From: Botryllus schlosseri
Lineage: Eukaryota
Direction: 5' to 3'
DNA: 64,000 bases
NCBI GenBank assembly: GCA_051294905.1
Contig: CM119372.1
Location: 3,164,001 to 3,228,000, forward strand
Shown: one piece after another, positions 61,472 to 64,000 of the stretch
Position numbering within the stretch: position 1 is the first letter of the stretch
Layout of the letters: every line of letters begins with the position of its first letter
Made by a program: the position numbers and the translations under genes
Notes under the pieces: model-generated
What the model saw: only the letters and a program-made list of their open reading frames with translations
Databases searched by the model: none
Told to the model about the DNA's origin: nothing

Positions 61472-64000
61472 CTATGACAAAGGCAACACTAAGTCCTTAA
61501 CGCTTCGGTGGGGTTCATTCTGTAATAGGTCGTACGATTATTTGTTTTTACATAAAAAAACGGAAGATTTTGACATTTTTTCACCATAAACTTAATTTTG
61601 ACAAAATTATGACCGCACGTATGTAAATTGGGTGTTTTCGCACATAATGTTAGAATTGTACTACTTGTCTTCATTTCTGGGTGGAACTGTCTTTCCTTCA
61701 GAAAAAGTTTGGCCTGAAAAACTTTTTGACTTAACAATTGACAAATTTTTACGCGAATTTTTTTTAATTTTAACATAATCTGGACCGAATTCCAGCAGTT
61801 ACATCTCGCATTATGGTAGAAATTATTTAAATTTGTTGTAGCACAACAACGAAATATACTTTCCTACATTCTCTAATTGAAAGTGTCTGTCCCAACGCCT
61901 AAGTAGCTTGACAAGAATGGAGAAAGAACGTTAACAGTAACAGTTGTTGGCTGGCAGCACTGGTCACTGGTGAGTGGTGACACACCGTGTTGCTTCATTC
62001 TGACAATGTTGTCTACATCACAATTTTTCATCATGCGCTTCTTGATAGAAAAACCAATGTACATTCAGTCTTGCTTCAGTTAGGATATTGCGGTACGTTG
62101 AGCAGAGCATAACATACCATGGCAACCTATTTCTTTCATTTGACCGTTTATGATTAACAATGGGAAGACGATGGGCCGTCTGTAACGGTGGGCCTGTGAA
62201 GTAGGCTACAAGATGTAAAATGTCAAATGATAAGTTCATCGACAGTGCAAACATCTACGATACAAACGAAATGCAAGTTGCAATCAAATTTTGACTTTGT
62301 AGTTAATTTTGACAATTTTATGACCTAACGCTACACCTTTGACGAAATTTTCTCTTTTTGTGACCTGTTAAACAATCGCCCCAGTAACAAGGTGTTGTAG
62401 GCTACGCCAGTTTACAGTTTACTAAATCCGAAGAGTGAAAATTAACTAGTTTTGCCTAAAAACTGTCAAGCGGAAGAGGGAATAATAAAAAACCATTACC
62501 ATTTGATCAAGTAAGTATAGGAAAAACCGACTTGAGCATACGGAAACAGAGTACTTCGCTATTGGCCCATCTAAAGCAGTGCACAGCAGTATGGCTGTTA
62601 TGTGCAGCGGTAACACAGTACACAGACGAGTAGGTCTACAAACCAACGGTCAATCTTTTGCGTCAACGAGATTAATCGATAGATAATCAGAGTGCACACT
62701 AGCTTATCACATCAATTCGTCGTGCACGGATTATCCTCCGATTCCGGAAGGTTTTCGGGTATCAATGCTACTCAATTGGCCCATTTTCAGAATCTCTGTA
62801 TTCAGATCGCTGTCGCTTACGTAAATCTCAAATCTAACGAAAAACATTACAACAACTTTGAAGGTGCATATCTGGACTATCAAACTACAACGATTACAGA
62901 TACGGTTAAGATTTTCCGTAAAACACATGGCCAATATAGCGTAGCTTGACAACTAGATAATTCTAACTGTCTAATTAAACTAATTAGAGTGAAATGCCAG
63001 TAATCTAATTAATTCGTGAAAGGTTTGTTTGCTCTACTTCGAATTGTAATCTGATTTGTGAAATGTTTCTAGGCTCTGATTACAACCTAATTTTTAGTTT
63101 TACTGAATATGCTACACGAGAGCTGAATAGTGCGAAACAAGCCAATTTTGCTCTACAGAGATTTGCAATTCTCGTGCTTATGGGAATGAACTATGATTTC
63201 ATAAGAACTGAACTTCATGCAATTTCAAGTCATTCTAATTTTAATCTAATTTTGCAAAACCTGGTAATCTAATTTGAAATGCAAACAGTGTAAGTATAAT
63301 TCCAATTCTAATCGAATATAGAAAAGCTGAATTTATTCAGTAGTCCATGTCTGGCTTAGTGTAAATCAATATAGTCACTAATATTTACTCGACAATGATC
63401 AGTCAAGTCGCGATATCAATTAATGTCAGTCTCTAAAGACGACCCAACCAAATGCTTGCGCGACATAGTCTTTTCCCAACGAACCACAATCTTTCGCCAC
63501 GGAATTGATTTTTATAAGAACTGTTACTTTCAACTAGTGCTATCCCGCATAGACTCCACATCTGACTTAGATGCATAATTTACGGTTGGCCTAGGGGGCG
63601 GGAACCGTTTTCCTCAAAAGAGCCATATTGGTCCAATATTTCCAATTGCAATTCCCAAAGAGCCATACGGCGAAGCAAAACAACTGTGACGTCACAATTG
63701 AAAATTCGTGATGTCATGATGGCTCGATATCGAAGTTCACTACGTGGGACTTGAGGTTATTACACCCACACCCGCACTAATCAAGCCGGTTGCCAAAGAT
63801 TTTAGCATGCAATAAGTTAGCTTAGCTATATAGGGGTCGGGAATCCTTTGGAGGCTATATATTTTAATTTGCATTCCCTTGAGAGCTATATGATATTATT
63901 CGAAACTAATTTGACTTTCTAATTGGGAATGTCACCTCCAAGGAAGTTCATTTCTCGCCGATTAACATGAAGAAAATCGGGCTTTCAAAACTGCATTGTC

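Noticed and set aside
62446..62952. Upstream exons of the rolling-stone-like gene
   Set aside because: No frame shows a convincing YLTxW-type motif with a phase-1 donor. Upstream exons are probably beyond the window.

Overview
AT-rich, intron-containing eukaryotic (animal) genomic DNA, not prokaryotic. Short (~60 nt) introns, the gene set and the repeat landscape suggest a marine invertebrate, possibly an ascidian (inference only). Genes supported by manual splice and phase reconstruction: (1) a minus-strand secreted protein of six or more exons (13186->~2346), with a signal peptide, a partial Ly6/uPAR-like (three-finger) cysteine framework and about 500 cysteine-free, helical-looking residues; (2) mitochondrial adrenodoxin-type ferredoxin (FDX1-like) with an uninterrupted CDS, 31025-31552 (+); (3) a complete five-exon cytosolic thioredoxin, 34360-41843 (+), 106 aa, WCGPC; (4) the last exon of a rolling-stone-like multi-pass membrane protein, 61471-60948 (-); (5) a tentative IL-17/Trunk/PTTH-like cystine-knot gene at 22253-21777 (-). 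Most remaining sequence is transposon-derived: many non-autonomous hAT elements/MITEs with 8-bp target-site duplications (often nested several levels deep), a CACTA-like element, foldback elements, CR1/L2-group LINE 3' ends, an RTE fragment and two tRNA-derived SINE families. Most short ORFs in the supplied track are spurious. All alignments were made by eye; no database search was run.
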